A stretch of 64,000 bases of DNA from an uncultured Woeseiaceae bacterium (GTDB taxonomy: Bacteria > Pseudomonadota > Gammaproteobacteria > Steroidobacterales > Woeseiaceae), in assembly GCA_964533065.1 (NCBI GenBank), contig CAZHLE010000001.1, positions 37-64,036 of the forward strand. Direction: 5' to 3'. The notes beneath the pieces are model-generated. The model searched no databases. It was not told the origin of the DNA and saw only the letters and a list, made by a program, of their open reading frames with translations. This document shows, in pieces, positions 1 through 10,792 of this stretch (position 1 is the stretch's first letter; each line of letters begins with the position of its first letter). Both the position numbers and the translations under genes were made by a program.

Positions 1-1155
1 ATGAACGTAGGCACGATTGGCCACGTAGACCATGGCAAGACGACGCTGACGGCGGCGCTGACGAAGTGTATGGCAGATCTTTACGGTGGTGAGGTCTCTG
101 CGTACGACCAGATCGACAAGGCGCCGGAAGAGCGGGCGCGCGGTATAACGATTTCGACGGCGCACGTGGAATACCAGAGTGCGAACCGTCACTACGCGCA
201 CGTCGACTGCCCGGGACACGCGGACTATGTGAAGAACATGATCACGGGTGCGGCACAGATGGACGGCGCGATTCTGGTGGTGAGCGCGGCGGATGGCCCG
301 ATGCCGCAGACGCGCGAGCACATCCTGCTGGCGCGCCAGGTCGGCGTTCCGCACATCGTGGTGTACCTGAACAAGGCGGACCAGGTGGATGACGCGGAGC
401 TTCTGGAGCTGGTGGAGATGGAAGTACGCGATTTGCTGTCGGTATATGACTTTCCGGGCGATGACACGCCGATTATCACGGGCTCAGCGCTGAAGGCGTT
501 TGAAGGCGATACCTCGGAGATTGGCGTGCCGAGCGTGGTGAAGCTGGTCGAGGCGTTGGATAGTTTCATTCCGATGCCAAAGCGGGCGATCGACGGTGAT
601 TACCTGATGCCGGTGGAGGACGTGTTCTCCATATCGGGACGCGGCACGGTGGTGACGGGACGAATCGAGCGCGGCGTGATCAACGTGGGCGACGAGATCG
701 AGATTGTGGGCATTCGGGACACGACCAAGACGACGTGTACGGGCGTCGAGATGTTCCGGAAGTTGCTGGATCGTGGTGAGGCAGGCGACAACGTGGGCGT
801 ATTGCTGCGTGGTACGAAGCGCGAAGAAGTTGAGCGTGGCCAGGTACTGGCGAAGCCGGGCTCGATCACGCCGCACACGCGGTTCGAGGCAGAGGTATAC
901 ATTCTGACCAAGGATGAGGGCGGTCGTCATACGCCGTTCTTCAAGGGCTATCGTCCGCAGTTTTACTTTCGCACGACGGACGTGACGGGAGCGGTGGAGC
1001 TGCCGGAGGGCACGGAGATGGTGATGCCGGGCGACAACGTGCAGATGGTGGTCGAACTGATCAACCCGATTGCGATGGAAGAGGGCCTGCGATTCGCGAT
1101 TCGCGAAGGCGGACGCACTGTCGGCGCCGGTGTGGTCGCGAAGATCCTCAAGTAA
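1..1155 (+). CDS. tuf: Elongation factor Tu, 5' end truncated by window edge
   Basis: Translation starts inside the G1 motif ([10 protein letters not shown]), also has DCPGH and NKAD motifs; the usual ~13 N-terminal residues are missing; followed by rpsJ as in the str/S10 arrangement. Confidence 0.97.
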   Translation: MNVGTIGHVDHGKTTLTAALTKCMADLYGGEVSAYDQIDKAPEERARGITISTAHVEYQSANRHYAHVDCPGHADYVKNMITGAAQMDGAILVVSAADGPMPQTREHILLARQVGVPHIVVYLNKADQVDDAELLELVEMEVRDLLSVYDFPGDDTPIITGSALKAFEGDTSEIGVPSVVKLVEALDSFIPMPKRAIDGDYLMPVEDVFSISGRGTVVTGRIERGVINVGDEIEIVGIRDTTKTTCTGVEMFRKLLDRGEAGDNVGVLLRGTKREEVERGQVLAKPGSITPHTRFEAEVYILTKDEGGRHTPFFKGYRPQFYFRTTDVTGAVELPEGTEMVMPGDNVQMVVELINPIAMEEGLRFAIREGGRTVGAGVVAKILK

Positions 1156-1161
1156 TTGACA

Positions 1162-1199
1162 GGGGTCAGAGCCCTTTTTGAAAAAAGGGCTCTGACCCC
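1162..1199. repeat. Palindromic element, copy 1: GGGGTCAGAGCCCTTTTT / AAAAAAGGGCTCTGACCCC (18-nt arms), in the tuf-rpsJ spacer
   Basis: Read directly; same 13-nt core as copies at 14810-14876 and 35764-35826; possible terminator or attenuator hairpin. Confidence 0.85.
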
Positions 1200-1228
1200 G
1201 AAACTGACACCAGGAACAGGAAACCAAA

Positions 1229-1543
1229 ATGGCAACTAACCAGAACATACGTATTCGACTGAAGGCTTTCGATCATCGGCTCATTGATAACTCGGCGCGC
1301 GAAATTGTGGACACGGCTAAACGAACCGGCGCGACCGTCAAAGGCCCGATTCCCTTGCCGATGAAAAAGGAGCGATTCACGATCCTGGTCTCGCCGCACG
1401 TCAACAAGGATGCGCGCGACCAGTACGAGATCCGCACCCACAAGCGGCTCATGGATATCGTCGACCCGACGGACAAGACGGTCGATGCACTGATGAAGCT
1501 CGAATTGCCGGCTGGCGTTGACGTTCAGATCAAACTGAATTAA
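1229..1543 (+). CDS. rpsJ: 30S ribosomal protein S10
   Basis: [20 protein letters not shown]... is the canonical S10 sequence; first gene of the S10 operon. Confidence 0.97.
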   Translation: MATNQNIRIRLKAFDHRLIDNSAREIVDTAKRTGATVKGPIPLPMKKERFTILVSPHVNKDARDQYEIRTHKRLMDIVDPTDKTVDALMKLELPAGVDVQIKLN

Positions 1544-2036
1544 TCGTTTAAAAACAGCTAGTTAGGGTTTTGCCGGGCGGCCAGGGCCAGTACGCGAAAA
1601 ATAAAGGCGTGGTGCGGGCCTGAAAATCCTTGTGCGACGCGGTTTTGACGCTATAATCGCGGGCTCGCTGGATTTGGCCGGGCCGGGAGTCGGCCAATTC
1701 TGGATCAGGCGCCACAGAATTCATTGTGACGCATGAATATTCAGTCACCAGGCAACCGAAGGTGACACTGCAAATCCCGGATCGCCGAGTCGACCATGAT
1801 GTGTCGAATCGGAATCAGGGTCAGCCCCAGAGCTTTTTGAGAACACGATGTTCTCGGCAATGGCTGGCCCTTTCGCATGTCCGGAATTTGGGCATTGGTG
1901 AAAGGCTGCCGTGAAGGCGACGAAGTCGCAGTACTGCATTCCGTGAAGGAACAGCTCGGATCAATCGAAATCCGAGCGGTGATAGAGATTTTAAGATTAG
2001 CGACTGACCAATCGCAGTCAGTTAGAGGTTTTGAAG
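1544..2036. other. Unusually long non-coding spacer between rpsJ and rplC, bounded by imperfect direct repeats at 1555-1572 and 2015-2033
   Basis: No convincing ORF in six frames (only 60-110 aa low-complexity ORFs without an SD); several short hairpins; see findings. Confidence 0.6.
1630..1657 (+). promoter_or_regulatory. Sigma70-like promoter candidate, TTGTGC-N16-TATAAT (a TTGACG hexamer also directly abuts the -10)
   Basis: Perfect TATAAT at 1652-1657 and TTG-containing hexamer at 1630-1635; sequence pattern only. Confidence 0.3.
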
Positions 2037-2696
2037 ATGACAATGGGTCTTGTAGGCCGCAAGTGCGGCATGACACGCGTGTTTACGGCGGACGGGGTTT
2101 CTGTACCTGTGACCGTGATTGAGGCGCAGCCGAACCGGATCTCGCAGGTAAAGACCGTTGAGATTGACGGCTATCGTGCGGTGCAGGTGACGTCGGGCAG
2201 CCGCAAGCCATCTCACGTTCCCAAGGCGCAGGCCGGCCATTTTGCGAAAGCGAATGTTGAAGCGGGCGACCTGAATGCGGAATTTCGCCTGGACGATAAA
2301 GATGCCGGCGATTTCGCGACTGGCGCCGAAGTCAATGTTTCCGCATTCGAAGTTGGCCAGAAAGTGGATGTTGTTGGCACCACGATTGGTAAGGGATTCG
2401 CCGGTACGGTGAAGCGCCACCACTTTCGTACCCAGGACGCGACCCATGGCAACTCGAGGTCGCACCGCGTTCCTGGCTCCATCGGCCAGAATCAGACGCC
2501 GGGCCGTGTTTTCAAAGGCAAGAAAATGTCGGGTCATCTGGGTAACGTGCGGCGCACGTCACAAAGCCTGGTCGTTGTTCGTGTTGATGCCGAACGTAAC
2601 CTGCTGTTGATCAAGGGCGCGGTACCGGGGCATGCCGGCGCCAGCGTCATCGTTCGCCCGTCTGTCAAAGGCCGCAACAAGAGAGCGTCCCAATGA
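2037..2696 (+). CDS. rplC: 50S ribosomal protein L3
   Basis: [17 protein letters not shown]... matches the L3 N-terminus; ATG 2037 is 8 nt after AGAGG; the ORF track begins at TTG 2031. Confidence 0.96.
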   Translation: MTMGLVGRKCGMTRVFTADGVSVPVTVIEAQPNRISQVKTVEIDGYRAVQVTSGSRKPSHVPKAQAGHFAKANVEAGDLNAEFRLDDKDAGDFATGAEVNVSAFEVGQKVDVVGTTIGKGFAGTVKRHHFRTQDATHGNSRSHRVPGSIGQNQTPGRVFKGKKMSGHLGNVRRTSQSLVVVRVDAERNLLLIKGAVPGHAGASVIVRPSVKGRNKRASQ

Positions 2697-3295
2697 AGCT
2701 GAAAATGCAAGGCAGCGGCTCCGTGGATGTGCTGGATACCACTTTCGGCGCGGAATTTAATGAGGCACTCGTGCATCAGGTCGTTACGGCCTACCTGGCC
2801 GGCGCTCGCGCGGGTACCAAGGCGCAGAAGCGACGCTCGGATGTTCGCGGCGGCGGCTCCAAGCCCTGGGCCCAGAAAGGCACTGGTCGTGCCCGTGCCG
2901 GTACCAGCCGCAGCCCGATCTGGGTTGGCGGCGGACGCACTTTCGCTGCAAAACCGCGCAGCTATAAGCAAAAGGTCAACAAGAAGATGTATCGCGCGGC
3001 AATGCGCTCGATGCTGTCCGAGCTGGTTCGCCAGGAGCGGCTGATTGTTGTCAAGGATCTGCAGCTTGAGGCACCGAAAACCAAATTGCTGGCCAGCCGG
3101 TTGAAAGAACTGAATCTGGACAATGTGCTGATTTTGAACGAAGCATTCGATGAGAAAGTATTTTTGGCTGCACGCAATTTGCCGCATGTTGGAATTTGCG
3201 ACGCTGCGTCGATCGATCCGGTCGTGCTGATTCGTTTTGAGAAGGTGCTGATCACGCTGCCGGCGTTAAAGCTGATCGAGGAGCGTTTGTCATGA
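2693..3295 (+). CDS. rplD: 50S ribosomal protein L4
   Basis: L4-like sequence, 4-nt overlap with rplC, conserved operon position. Confidence 0.97.
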   Translation: MKLKMQGSGSVDVLDTTFGAEFNEALVHQVVTAYLAGARAGTKAQKRRSDVRGGGSKPWAQKGTGRARAGTSRSPIWVGGGRTFAAKPRSYKQKVNKKMYRAAMRSMLSELVRQERLIVVKDLQLEAPKTKLLASRLKELNLDNVLILNEAFDEKVFLAARNLPHVGICDAASIDPVVLIRFEKVLITLPALKLIEERLS

Positions 3296-3600
3296 GCAAT
3301 GCTGCCCACCAGGAACGGCTGCTGACCGTAATTCGCGGTCCGCACGTTTCGGAAAAAAGTCACCGTGTCGCAGAAAATAACCAGGTTGTTTTGAAAGTTC
3401 GTACTGATGCGACCAAGAAAGAAATCAAGCAGGCCGTCGAACTGTTGTTCGAAGTGGAAGTCTCCGGCGTAACCGTTGCCAATGTTGGTGGCAAGACGAA
3501 ACGCTTTGGGCAGACACGCGGTCGGCGTAACGATTGGAAGAAGGCTTATATCACTCTGGCAGAACGTAGCCAGGTAGAATCGATGCTGGGCACGGAATAA
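3292..3600 (+). CDS. rplW: 50S ribosomal protein L23
   Basis: L23-like sequence (...[25 protein letters not shown]...), operon position. Confidence 0.97.
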   Translation: MSNAAHQERLLTVIRGPHVSEKSHRVAENNQVVLKVRTDATKKEIKQAVELLFEVEVSGVTVANVGGKTKRFGQTRGRRNDWKKAYITLAERSQVESMLGTE

Positions 3601-3611
3601 GGTCAAGACTA

Positions 3612-4439
3612 ATGTCACTGCATATTAATAAACCAACTTCACCTGGGCGCCGTTTTGTCATTTCCGTCAAGACGCCGCACCTGCACAAGGGTAAGCCGCA
3701 TGCGGCGTTGATTGAGAAGAAGAACTCAAACGGAGGTCGCAATAATTATGGCCGTATCACGGTGCGTCACCAGGGCGGTGGCCATAAGCAGCATTACCGA
3801 TTGATTGATTTCAAGCGCGACAAGGATGGTATTGCAGCCGTGGTTGAGCGACTTGAATATGACCCGAATCGCAGTGCGCACATTGCCTTGCTGCGCTACG
3901 CGGACGGCGAGCGACGATACATTCTGGCGCCAAAAGGTCTCGTCGCCGACCAGCAGGTACTGAGCGGTGAAGATGCCGCGATCAAGTCGGGTAACGCCCT
4001 GCCGCTGCGTGCAATTCCCGTAGGTACCGTCATTCACAATATTGAAATGAAGCCGGGCAAGGGCGGGCAGCTGGCGCGGTCTGCTGGAACTTCCGCGCAG
4101 CTCGCGGCTCGTGAAGGCGAGTACGCGTCGGTGCGCTTACGGTCTGGCGAGGTGCGCAAGATCCACGTCGCCTGTCGTGCCACGATCGGCGAGGTTAGTC
4201 ATGGTGAGCACAATTTGCGCAAGATAGGCAAGGCTGGAGCTATGCGCTGGAGAGGCGTGCGGCCAACGGTCCGTGGTGTTGCGATGAACCCGATTGATCA
4301 CCCACACGGTGGTGGTGAAGGCCGTACATCCGCTGGTCGTCATCCGGTGAGCCCATGGGGCAAGAAAACGAAGGGCGCGAAAACACGCGCTAATAAACGG
4401 ACGGACGGCATGATCGTACGTCGTCGCAAGAAGCGTTAG
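3612..4439 (+). CDS. rplB: 50S ribosomal protein L2
   Basis: L2 motifs ([25 protein letters not shown]). Confidence 0.98.
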   Translation: MSLHINKPTSPGRRFVISVKTPHLHKGKPHAALIEKKNSNGGRNNYGRITVRHQGGGHKQHYRLIDFKRDKDGIAAVVERLEYDPNRSAHIALLRYADGERRYILAPKGLVADQQVLSGEDAAIKSGNALPLRAIPVGTVIHNIEMKPGKGGQLARSAGTSAQLAAREGEYASVRLRSGEVRKIHVACRATIGEVSHGEHNLRKIGKAGAMRWRGVRPTVRGVAMNPIDHPHGGGEGRTSAGRHPVSPWGKKTKGAKTRANKRTDGMIVRRRKKR

Positions 4440-4453
4440 TAAGGGATATTGCA

Positions 4454-4726
4454 ATGCCACGTAGTGTGAGAAAAGGCCCGTTCGTCGATACACATCTGTC
4501 GAAAAAGGTCGCTGAAGCCACCGCCAAGAATGATCGTCGCCCGATCAAGACCTGGTCGCGTCGCTCAATGATTCTGCCCGATATGGTGGGACTGACGATC
4601 GCTGTACATAACGGTCGGCAGCATGTGCCTGTGCTGGTATCCGAGAACATGGTTGGACACAAACTCGGCGAGTTTGCTGCCACGAGAACGTTTCGCGGTC
4701 ACTCCGGTGATCGGAAGACGAAATAG
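4454..4726 (+). CDS. rpsS: 30S ribosomal protein S19
   Basis: [12 protein letters not shown]... is canonical S19. Confidence 0.98.
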   Translation: MPRSVRKGPFVDTHLSKKVAEATAKNDRRPIKTWSRRSMILPDMVGLTIAVHNGRQHVPVLVSENMVGHKLGEFAATRTFRGHSGDRKTK

Positions 4727-4745
4727 GTCGGAGGAGTATTAGGCC

Positions 4746-5078
4746 ATGCAAGTCGCAGCAACACTTCGTTATGCACGCATATCACCACAGAAATGCCGCC
4801 TGATGGCTGACGCCATTCGTGGCAAGTCGGTCGACGATGCATTGCGGACATTGACCTTCACGCCAAAGAAAAGTGCGCGCATCGTGAAGAAGGTCCTGGA
4901 ATCAGCAATCGCCAACGCCGAACACAATCACGGCGCAGACATTGATGAGTTGAGGATCTCGACGATTGAAGTTAACGAAGCGCCGACATTCAAACGGTTT
5001 CGCGCGCGGGCCAAGGGCCGCGGTGCACGCATTATCAAGCGTAACAGCCACATCACGATTCGCGTGGCAGACGAGTAA
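4746..5078 (+). CDS. rplV: 50S ribosomal protein L22
   Basis: L22-like sequence and operon position. Confidence 0.97.
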   Translation: MQVAATLRYARISPQKCRLMADAIRGKSVDDALRTLTFTPKKSARIVKKVLESAIANAEHNHGADIDELRISTIEVNEAPTFKRFRARAKGRGARIIKRNSHITIRVADE

Positions 5079-5083
5079 ATAGT

Positions 5084-5776
5084 ATGGGTCAGAAAGTACA
5101 TCCAACCGGAATTCGCTTAGGCATCGTAAAAGACTGGACGTCCAAGTGGTATGCAGACGGCAAGACATTTGCCAACTACATAAATGCGGACTTCATTCTG
5201 CGCCAGCGAATCAAAAAGAAGCTCAAGGAAGCTTCCGTAAGCCGTATCACGATTGAACGGCCCGCGAAGAAAGTTAACGTGACGATTCATACCGCACGCC
5301 CGGGCATAGTGATCGGCAAGAAAGGCGAGGATATTGAAAGTCTGCGCGCAGAGTTGGCCGGGCTCGTGGGCATGAACATTGCGGATGTTCGTATCAATAT
5401 TAGTGAAGTTCGCAAACCGGAACTGGATGCACAGCTCGTTGCGGAGGGCATAGCGCAGCAGCTGGAGCGTCGCGTCATGTTTCGTCGCGCCATGAAACGC
5501 GCGGTTACCAACACGATGCGAGTTGGCGCGGAAGGGATCAAGGTAAAGATCGGTGGCCGGCTGAATGGTGCCGAAATTGCGCGGTCGGAATGGTACCGCG
5601 AAGGCCGAGTACCGCTGCACACATTTCGGGCAGATATTGATTATGGATTTTCAGAAGCGAATACAACGTATGGCGTCATTGGCGTGAAAGTCTGGATTTT
5701 CAAGGGCGAAGTATTTGATAAACCCGAAGTGATTGCAGCTGACACTGCAGACGCCGCTCAAGGCGCGCGTTCTTAA
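5084..5776 (+). CDS. rpsC: 30S ribosomal protein S3
   Basis: [18 protein letters not shown]... is canonical S3. Confidence 0.98.
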   Translation: MGQKVHPTGIRLGIVKDWTSKWYADGKTFANYINADFILRQRIKKKLKEASVSRITIERPAKKVNVTIHTARPGIVIGKKGEDIESLRAELAGLVGMNIADVRINISEVRKPELDAQLVAEGIAQQLERRVMFRRAMKRAVTNTMRVGAEGIKVKIGGRLNGAEIARSEWYREGRVPLHTFRADIDYGFSEANTTYGVIGVKVWIFKGEVFDKPEVIAADTADAAQGARS

Positions 5777-5805
5777 ATTACGTCGCGTAGATTAGAGAAT
5801 AAGAG

Positions 5806-6219
5806 ATGTTACAGCCAAAACGAACAAAGTTTCGCAAGCAGCACAAGGGTCGCAATCGCGGTCTCGCGGTACGCGGCAGCACGGTTGCATTCGGTACCTA
5901 CGGGCTGAAAGCCACCTCACGTGGTCGCATGACTGCGCGCCAGATAGAAGCGGCTCGTCGTGCGATGACCCGCTACATCAAGCGCGGCGGCAAGATCTGG
6001 ATTCGGGTTTTCCCGGACAAGCCCATTACCAAAAAGCCGCTTGAAGTGCGCCAGGGTAAAGGCAAGGGCAATGTTGAGTACTGGGTATGCCAGATTCAGC
6101 CAGGCCGTGTTCTTTATGAGATGGAAGGTGTAACAGAAGACATCGCACGCGAGGCGTTTCGTCTTGCGGCTGCAAAGATTCCGTTTACAACCTCATTTGT
6201 ATCCCGACAGGTGATGTGA
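5806..6219 (+). CDS. rplP: 50S ribosomal protein L16
   Basis: [19 protein letters not shown]... is canonical L16. Confidence 0.98.
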   Translation: MLQPKRTKFRKQHKGRNRGLAVRGSTVAFGTYGLKATSRGRMTARQIEAARRAMTRYIKRGGKIWIRVFPDKPITKKPLEVRQGKGKGNVEYWVCQIQPGRVLYEMEGVTEDIAREAFRLAAAKIPFTTSFVSRQVM

Positions 6220-6422
6220 TGGAAGCTCAGGAACTTCGCAAGAAATCGGTAGAAGAGCTTAACGCAGAATTAGTTGCGTTGCGCCGTGAGCAATTCAATC
6301 TTCGCATGCAACAGGCGACGGGCGAGCTGCCGCAACATACACAGCATCGCCGTGTGCGCAAGGATATCGCTCGCGTCAAAACGGTTCTGAACGAGCTGCA
6401 ACGAGCAGCAGGTAAAGAATAA
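6219..6422 (+). CDS. rpmC: 50S ribosomal protein L29
   Basis: [18 protein letters not shown]... ; ATG 6219 overlaps the rplP stop (TGATG); an in-frame GTG at 6216 is an alternative start. Confidence 0.95.
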   Translation: MEAQELRKKSVEELNAELVALRREQFNLRMQQATGELPQHTQHRRVRKDIARVKTVLNELQRAAGKE

Positions 6423-6688
6423 TGAGTGAACAAAACAAAACAAAACGTACGCTCGTCGGGCGCGTGGTGAGCGACAAGATGGATAAGACTGTCTCGGTTG
6501 CCATTGAGCGCAGGATCAAGCATCCGGTTTACGGCAAATACATTCGCCGTACGACCAAGCTGCTTGCTCACGACGCGAATAATGAATGCAAACCAGGGGA
6601 TCGTGTGACGATTTCCGAGGGCAGGCCGATTTCGAAAAATAAATCGTGGACAGTTGTTGGTGTGGTCGAGCGCGCAGCCGACCAGTAA
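6422..6688 (+). CDS. rpsQ: 30S ribosomal protein S17
   Basis: S17-like ([18 protein letters not shown]...). Confidence 0.97.
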   Translation: MSEQNKTKRTLVGRVVSDKMDKTVSVAIERRIKHPVYGKYIRRTTKLLAHDANNECKPGDRVTISEGRPISKNKSWTVVGVVERAADQ

Positions 6689-6706
6689 TGGGTTAGGGAT
6701 TTAGTC

Positions 6707-7075
6707 ATGATTCAAATGCAGACAGTTCTTGACGCAGCCGATAATTCCGGTGCTCGCCGCGTGCAATGCATTAAGGTGCTGGGTGGATCCAAGCGCCGGT
6801 ATGCGGGTGTTGGTGACATCATCAAGGTAAGCGTCAAGGATGCGATACCTCGCGGCAAGGTCAAGAAGGGTGAGGTGTACAACGCGGTGGTTGTTCGCAC
6901 GCGCAAGGGCGTGCGTCGCGATGATGGTTCGTTGATTCGTTTTGACGGCAATGCTGCTGTTTTGCTGAATGCCCGCCTTGAGCCAATCGGCACTCGTATA
7001 TTTGGCCCGGTTACGCGTGAGCTGCGTACGTCGCGTTTCATGAAGATTATTTCACTGGCGCCTGAGGTTCTTTAG
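6707..7075 (+). CDS. rplN: 50S ribosomal protein L14
   Basis: [19 protein letters not shown]... is canonical L14. Confidence 0.98.
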   Translation: MIQMQTVLDAADNSGARRVQCIKVLGGSKRRYAGVGDIIKVSVKDAIPRGKVKKGEVYNAVVVRTRKGVRRDDGSLIRFDGNAAVLLNARLEPIGTRIFGPVTRELRTSRFMKIISLAPEVL

Positions 7076-7077
7076 TA

Positions 7078-7392
7078 ATGAACAAGATTAGAAAGGGCGA
7101 TGAGGTCATCGTCAGGACAGGCAAGGACAAGGGCCGTCGCGGCACTGTATTGCAGGTTTTTGATGACGGGCGTGTTCTGGTAGAGGGAGTCAACCTTGCC
7201 AAGAAACATGTCAAACCAAATCCAAATGTAGGCGAGCCAGGCGGTATCAAAGACAAGGCGATGTCAATCAATGTGTCGAACGTGCTCGTGTTTAATCCGA
7301 AGTCCAAACAGGGCGAACGGGTTGGTTTTCGTGTCTCGAAAGACGGCAGCAAAGTGCGCGTCTTCAAGAGCGGCGATGTAGTGGATATCTGA
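7078..7392 (+). CDS. rplX: 50S ribosomal protein L24
   Basis: [19 protein letters not shown]... with KOW motif. Confidence 0.97.
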   Translation: MNKIRKGDEVIVRTGKDKGRRGTVLQVFDDGRVLVEGVNLAKKHVKPNPNVGEPGGIKDKAMSINVSNVLVFNPKSKQGERVGFRVSKDGSKVRVFKSGDVVDI

Positions 7393-7393
7393 T

Positions 7394-7954
7394 ATGGCAA
7401 GACTCCGTGAAAAATTTGAAACCGAGCTGTTGGGTGAGATCCAGCAACGGCTTGGCCTGAAAAACAGGATGGCGGTGCCACGCATCACCAAGATCACGCT
7501 GAACATGGGCGTTGGTGAGGCTGTTGCCGACAAAAAGGTTATCGAGAATGCGCGCGCGGATATGCAGAAGATTTCCGGGCAGCGCCCGCTGACTACACTG
7601 TCCCGCAAGTCTGTAGCTGGCTTCAAGATTCGTGACGGCATGCCCATTGGTTGCAAGGTAACTCTGCGCGGTGATCGCATGTACGAGTTCCTCGATCGAC
7701 TCGTAAACATTTCGATTCCGCGTATTCGAGATTTTCGTGGCCTGAATCCTAAGTCGTTTGATCGGAATGGCAACTACAGCATGGGTGTTACCGAGCAGAT
7801 CATTTTCCCGGAAATCAACTACGACGAAATCGATACGCTGCGGGGCATGGATATCACTATTACGACAACAGCAAAAAATCCTGATGAAGGCCGGGCGCTT
7901 CTGGAAGCGTTCAACTTTCCTTTCAAACAAAAGGCAGTTAAGGCAGATGGCTAA
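7394..7954 (+). CDS. rplE: 50S ribosomal protein L5
   Basis: L5-like ([15 protein letters not shown]...). Confidence 0.97.
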   Translation: MARLREKFETELLGEIQQRLGLKNRMAVPRITKITLNMGVGEAVADKKVIENARADMQKISGQRPLTTLSRKSVAGFKIRDGMPIGCKVTLRGDRMYEFLDRLVNISIPRIRDFRGLNPKSFDRNGNYSMGVTEQIIFPEINYDEIDTLRGMDITITTTAKNPDEGRALLEAFNFPFKQKAVKADG

Positions 7955-8252
7955 GACATCGATGATTATGCGCGAGCACAAGCGCAGCAAGATGGTCGCG
8001 CAGCAAGCAAAAAAGCGTGCCGCCCTGAAGGCTACGATTCGCAGCATTCACAGCAGCGACAATGAACGTGCTGTGGCGCAGGCGAAGCTCAATGCACTGC
8101 CGCGTGACGGCAGCGCATCGCGGCAACGCAATCGTTGTTCGATAACCGGGCGCCCGCGCGGCGTATACCGAAAATTTGGCCTCGGTCGCAACAAGCTCCG
8201 CGAAGCCGCCATGAATGGCGAAATCCCTGGACTCACGAAGGCCAGCTGGTAG
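7947..8252 (+). CDS. rpsN: 30S ribosomal protein S14
   Basis: [13 protein letters not shown]...[11 protein letters not shown]; internal ATG of track ORF 7758..8252; 8-nt overlap with rplE. Confidence 0.96.
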   Translation: MAKTSMIMREHKRSKMVAQQAKKRAALKATIRSIHSSDNERAVAQAKLNALPRDGSASRQRNRCSITGRPRGVYRKFGLGRNKLREAAMNGEIPGLTKASW

Positions 8253-8264
8253 GCGGAGACAATT

Positions 8265-8660
8265 ATGAGTATGACGGACCCAATCGCGGACATGCTGACG
8301 CGGATTCGCAACGGACAGAAGGCTCGCAAAGTTAGCGTAGCAATGCCGGCTTCGAAAGAGAAAGAAGCCGTGGCGGCAGTGTTGAAAAGCGAGGGCTATA
8401 TCGCGGGGTTTTCGAACATCGGCGAGGGTGCTGAAAAGAAGCTGTCTATCGAATTGAAGTACTTCGATGGCGAGCCGGTCATTGCCTACATCGCACGAAG
8501 CAGTCGCCCTGGGCTGCGGATTTATCGTGGCAAGGATGAGTTGCCAAAAGTGTTGGGCGGACTGGGCATCGCTATTGTATCGACGTCAGCTGGCGTGATG
8601 AGTGATCGCCAGGCCAGAGAAAAAGGTATTGGTGGGGAAGTTCTGTGCGTCGTTTCCTGA
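8265..8660 (+). CDS. rpsH: 30S ribosomal protein S8
   Basis: [17 protein letters not shown]... is canonical S8. Confidence 0.98.
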   Translation: MSMTDPIADMLTRIRNGQKARKVSVAMPASKEKEAVAAVLKSEGYIAGFSNIGEGAEKKLSIELKYFDGEPVIAYIARSSRPGLRIYRGKDELPKVLGGLGIAIVSTSAGVMSDRQAREKGIGGEVLCVVS

Positions 8661-8692
8661 CGTGCCGAACCTTTCCGAAATGAGACAAGACT

Positions 8693-9226
8693 ATGTCTAG
8701 AATTGCAAAAGTAGCGGTTGAGTTGCCAAGCGGTGTTGACTTCCAGCAAGACGGCGGAGTCGTGACGATCAAGGGCAGCAAGGGCTCCCTGTCGATGGCA
8801 TTGAATTCCGAGGTTCTGGTTGACCAGCAGGAACGCTCACTGCAGGTAACGGCGCGGTCGCGATCCAAGTTCGCTATCGCCATGTCGGGTACGACGCGGG
8901 CGCTATTGGCCAACATGGTAGCCGGTGTGCACAAGGGTTTTGAGCGCAAGCTTGAACTGGTCGGCGTCGGTTACCGCGCGCAGGCACAAGGCAACAAACT
9001 CAACCTGACGCTCGGGTTTTCACACCCGGTTGTCTACGCCGTTCCTGCTGGTATCAGTGTCGAGACACCGAGCCAGACAGAGATCGTCATCAAGGGTACA
9101 GATAAGCAGCAGCTCGGTCAGGTTGCAGCAGAGATTCGTCGCTTTCGGCCACCCGAGCCCTACAAAGGCAAGGGTGTGCGCTACGCCAATGAGCGCGTGG
9201 TACTGAAAGAAGCGAAGAAGAAATAG
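8693..9226 (+). CDS. rplF: 50S ribosomal protein L6
   Basis: [16 protein letters not shown]... is L6-like. Confidence 0.97.
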   Translation: MSRIAKVAVELPSGVDFQQDGGVVTIKGSKGSLSMALNSEVLVDQQERSLQVTARSRSKFAIAMSGTTRALLANMVAGVHKGFERKLELVGVGYRAQAQGNKLNLTLGFSHPVVYAVPAGISVETPSQTEIVIKGTDKQQLGQVAAEIRRFRPPEPYKGKGVRYANERVVLKEAKKK

Positions 9227-9241
9227 TGCAGCGAGAATGTT

Positions 9242-9601
9242 ATGAAGCTCGATAAGAAACAGAATCGATTACGCCGTGCCCGCAAGGTCCGAGCCAAGAT
9301 CTCCGAACTTGAAGTGAATCGCCTGAGCGTTCACCGCACGCCGCGCCATATATACGCGCAGGTAATTGCGCCGGACGGCGCTACGGTGATTGCCGCGGCT
9401 TCTACACTGGAAGCGGAAGTTCGTAAGGGCGTCAAGCATGGTGGCAATGTTGAGGCAGCTACAATTGTTGGCGCGCGCATCGCAGAGAAGGCCAAGGCAG
9501 CCGGAGTGGATACGGTTGCATTTGATCGCTCGGGTTTTCGCTATCACGGGCGCGTCAAGGCACTGGCCGATGCTGCTCGCGAAGCTGGATTGAAGTTCTA
9601 A
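9242..9601 (+). CDS. rplR: 50S ribosomal protein L18
   Basis: L18-like ([16 protein letters not shown]...). Confidence 0.97.
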   Translation: MKLDKKQNRLRRARKVRAKISELEVNRLSVHRTPRHIYAQVIAPDGATVIAAASTLEAEVRKGVKHGGNVEAATIVGARIAEKAKAAGVDTVAFDRSGFRYHGRVKALADAAREAGLKF

Positions 9602-9610
9602 GGATCAATA

Positions 9611-10117
9611 ATGGCTAGAAAAGATCAAGCACAGGCGAGTGATGACTTTATCGAGAAACTCGTAACGGTCAATCGTGTGGCCAAGGTTGTCAAAGGCGGA
9701 CGGCAGTTCGGCTTTACGGCGTTGACCGTGGTTGGCGATGGCCAGGGCCAGGTTGGATTCGGCTATGGCAAGGCGCGCGAGGTTCCGATTGCGATTCAGA
9801 AGGCGATGCAGAGTGCACGCAAGAATATGGTCAACGTCAATTTGAACCACGACACTTTGCAGTACGCGCAGAAGGCGCGTCACGGCGCGACACTTGTTTA
9901 CATGCAGCCAGCGTCCGAAGGTACCGGGCTGATCGCTGGCGGTGCGATGCGTGCAGTATTCGAATGCGCAGGCGTTCGCAACGTGCTTGCCAAGAGCTAC
10001 GGTTCACGCAACCCGATGAATGTGGTACGGGCGACGATGAAGGCACTGCAGGCAATTCATTCGCCGCAGGCGATCGCGGCGAAGCGCGGCAAGAAAGTAA
10101 AGGAAATCCTGGCTTAA
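9611..10117 (+). CDS. rpsE: 30S ribosomal protein S5
   Basis: S5-like ([25 protein letters not shown]...). Confidence 0.97.
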   Translation: MARKDQAQASDDFIEKLVTVNRVAKVVKGGRQFGFTALTVVGDGQGQVGFGYGKAREVPIAIQKAMQSARKNMVNVNLNHDTLQYAQKARHGATLVYMQPASEGTGLIAGGAMRAVFECAGVRNVLAKSYGSRNPMNVVRATMKALQAIHSPQAIAAKRGKKVKEILA

Positions 10118-10149
10118 TCCAGGACATCAGGACTGGCAGAGACAAGATC

Positions 10150-10338
10150 ATGGCGGATTCCAAACAGTTGAAAGTAACGCTCATCAAGAGCAAGCACGGG
10201 CGCTTGAGGAATCACCGTGCCTGTGTAAACGGCCTCGGGCTAAGAAAGATGCACCAGACGGTGCAGGTTGCGGATACCCCGGAGAATCGCGGCATGATCA
10301 ATCAAATTTCGTATTTGCTGTCGGTAGAGGAAGCCTGA
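10150..10338 (+). CDS. rpmD: 50S ribosomal protein L30
   Basis: [19 protein letters not shown]...; internal ATG of track ORF 9964..10338. Confidence 0.95.
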   Translation: MADSKQLKVTLIKSKHGRLRNHRACVNGLGLRKMHQTVQVADTPENRGMINQISYLLSVEEA

Positions 10339-10339
10339 A

Positions 10340-10774
10340 ATGCGACTTAACGATCTGTCGCCCGGCAAGGGCGCGAAAAAAACAGGCAAACGGTTCGGTC
10401 GTGGTCACTCCGTCGGCCAGGGTAAGACCTGTGGACGCGGGCAAAAGGGTCAGAAGTCCCGCGCGGGTGGTTTCCACAAAGTTGGATTTGAAGGCGGCCA
10501 GATGCCGTTGCAGCGTCGTTTGCCGAAAGTCGGCTTCCGCTCGCGCATGGCACGCCTGACGGCGGAGCTGCGATTGCACGAACTCGAGTTGCCAACTGCG
10601 GACGTGATCGACATGGAAGTGCTGAAATCCGCCAACCTGGTGCCGGCCTTTGTAACGAAGGTAAAGGTCATCAAGTCCGGAGAAATTACAAAGGCTGTGA
10701 AGCTCAAGGGACTCACAGTTACCAAAGGTGCGCGCGAGGCGATTACAGGCGCCGGCGGCACTATCGAAGACTAA
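10340..10774 (+). CDS. rplO: 50S ribosomal protein L15
   Basis: [14 protein letters not shown]...GRG is L15-like. Confidence 0.97.
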   Translation: MRLNDLSPGKGAKKTGKRFGRGHSVGQGKTCGRGQKGQKSRAGGFHKVGFEGGQMPLQRRLPKVGFRSRMARLTAELRLHELELPTADVIDMEVLKSANLVPAFVTKVKVIKSGEITKAVKLKGLTVTKGAREAITGAGGTIED

Positions 10775-10792
10775 GGAATTCAAGGAATTTTC

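Noticed and set aside
1664-2030. Possible known housekeeping RNA (tmRNA, 4.5S, 6S, RNase P) in the rpsJ-rplC spacer; GGCCAATTCTGGATCAGG loosely resembles a tmRNA 5' end
   Set aside because: I found no tag-peptide reading frame, no T-arm or CCA-proximal acceptor, no SRP GGAA tetraloop-domain motif and no RNase P conserved blocks. It is left as an unexplained non-coding insert.
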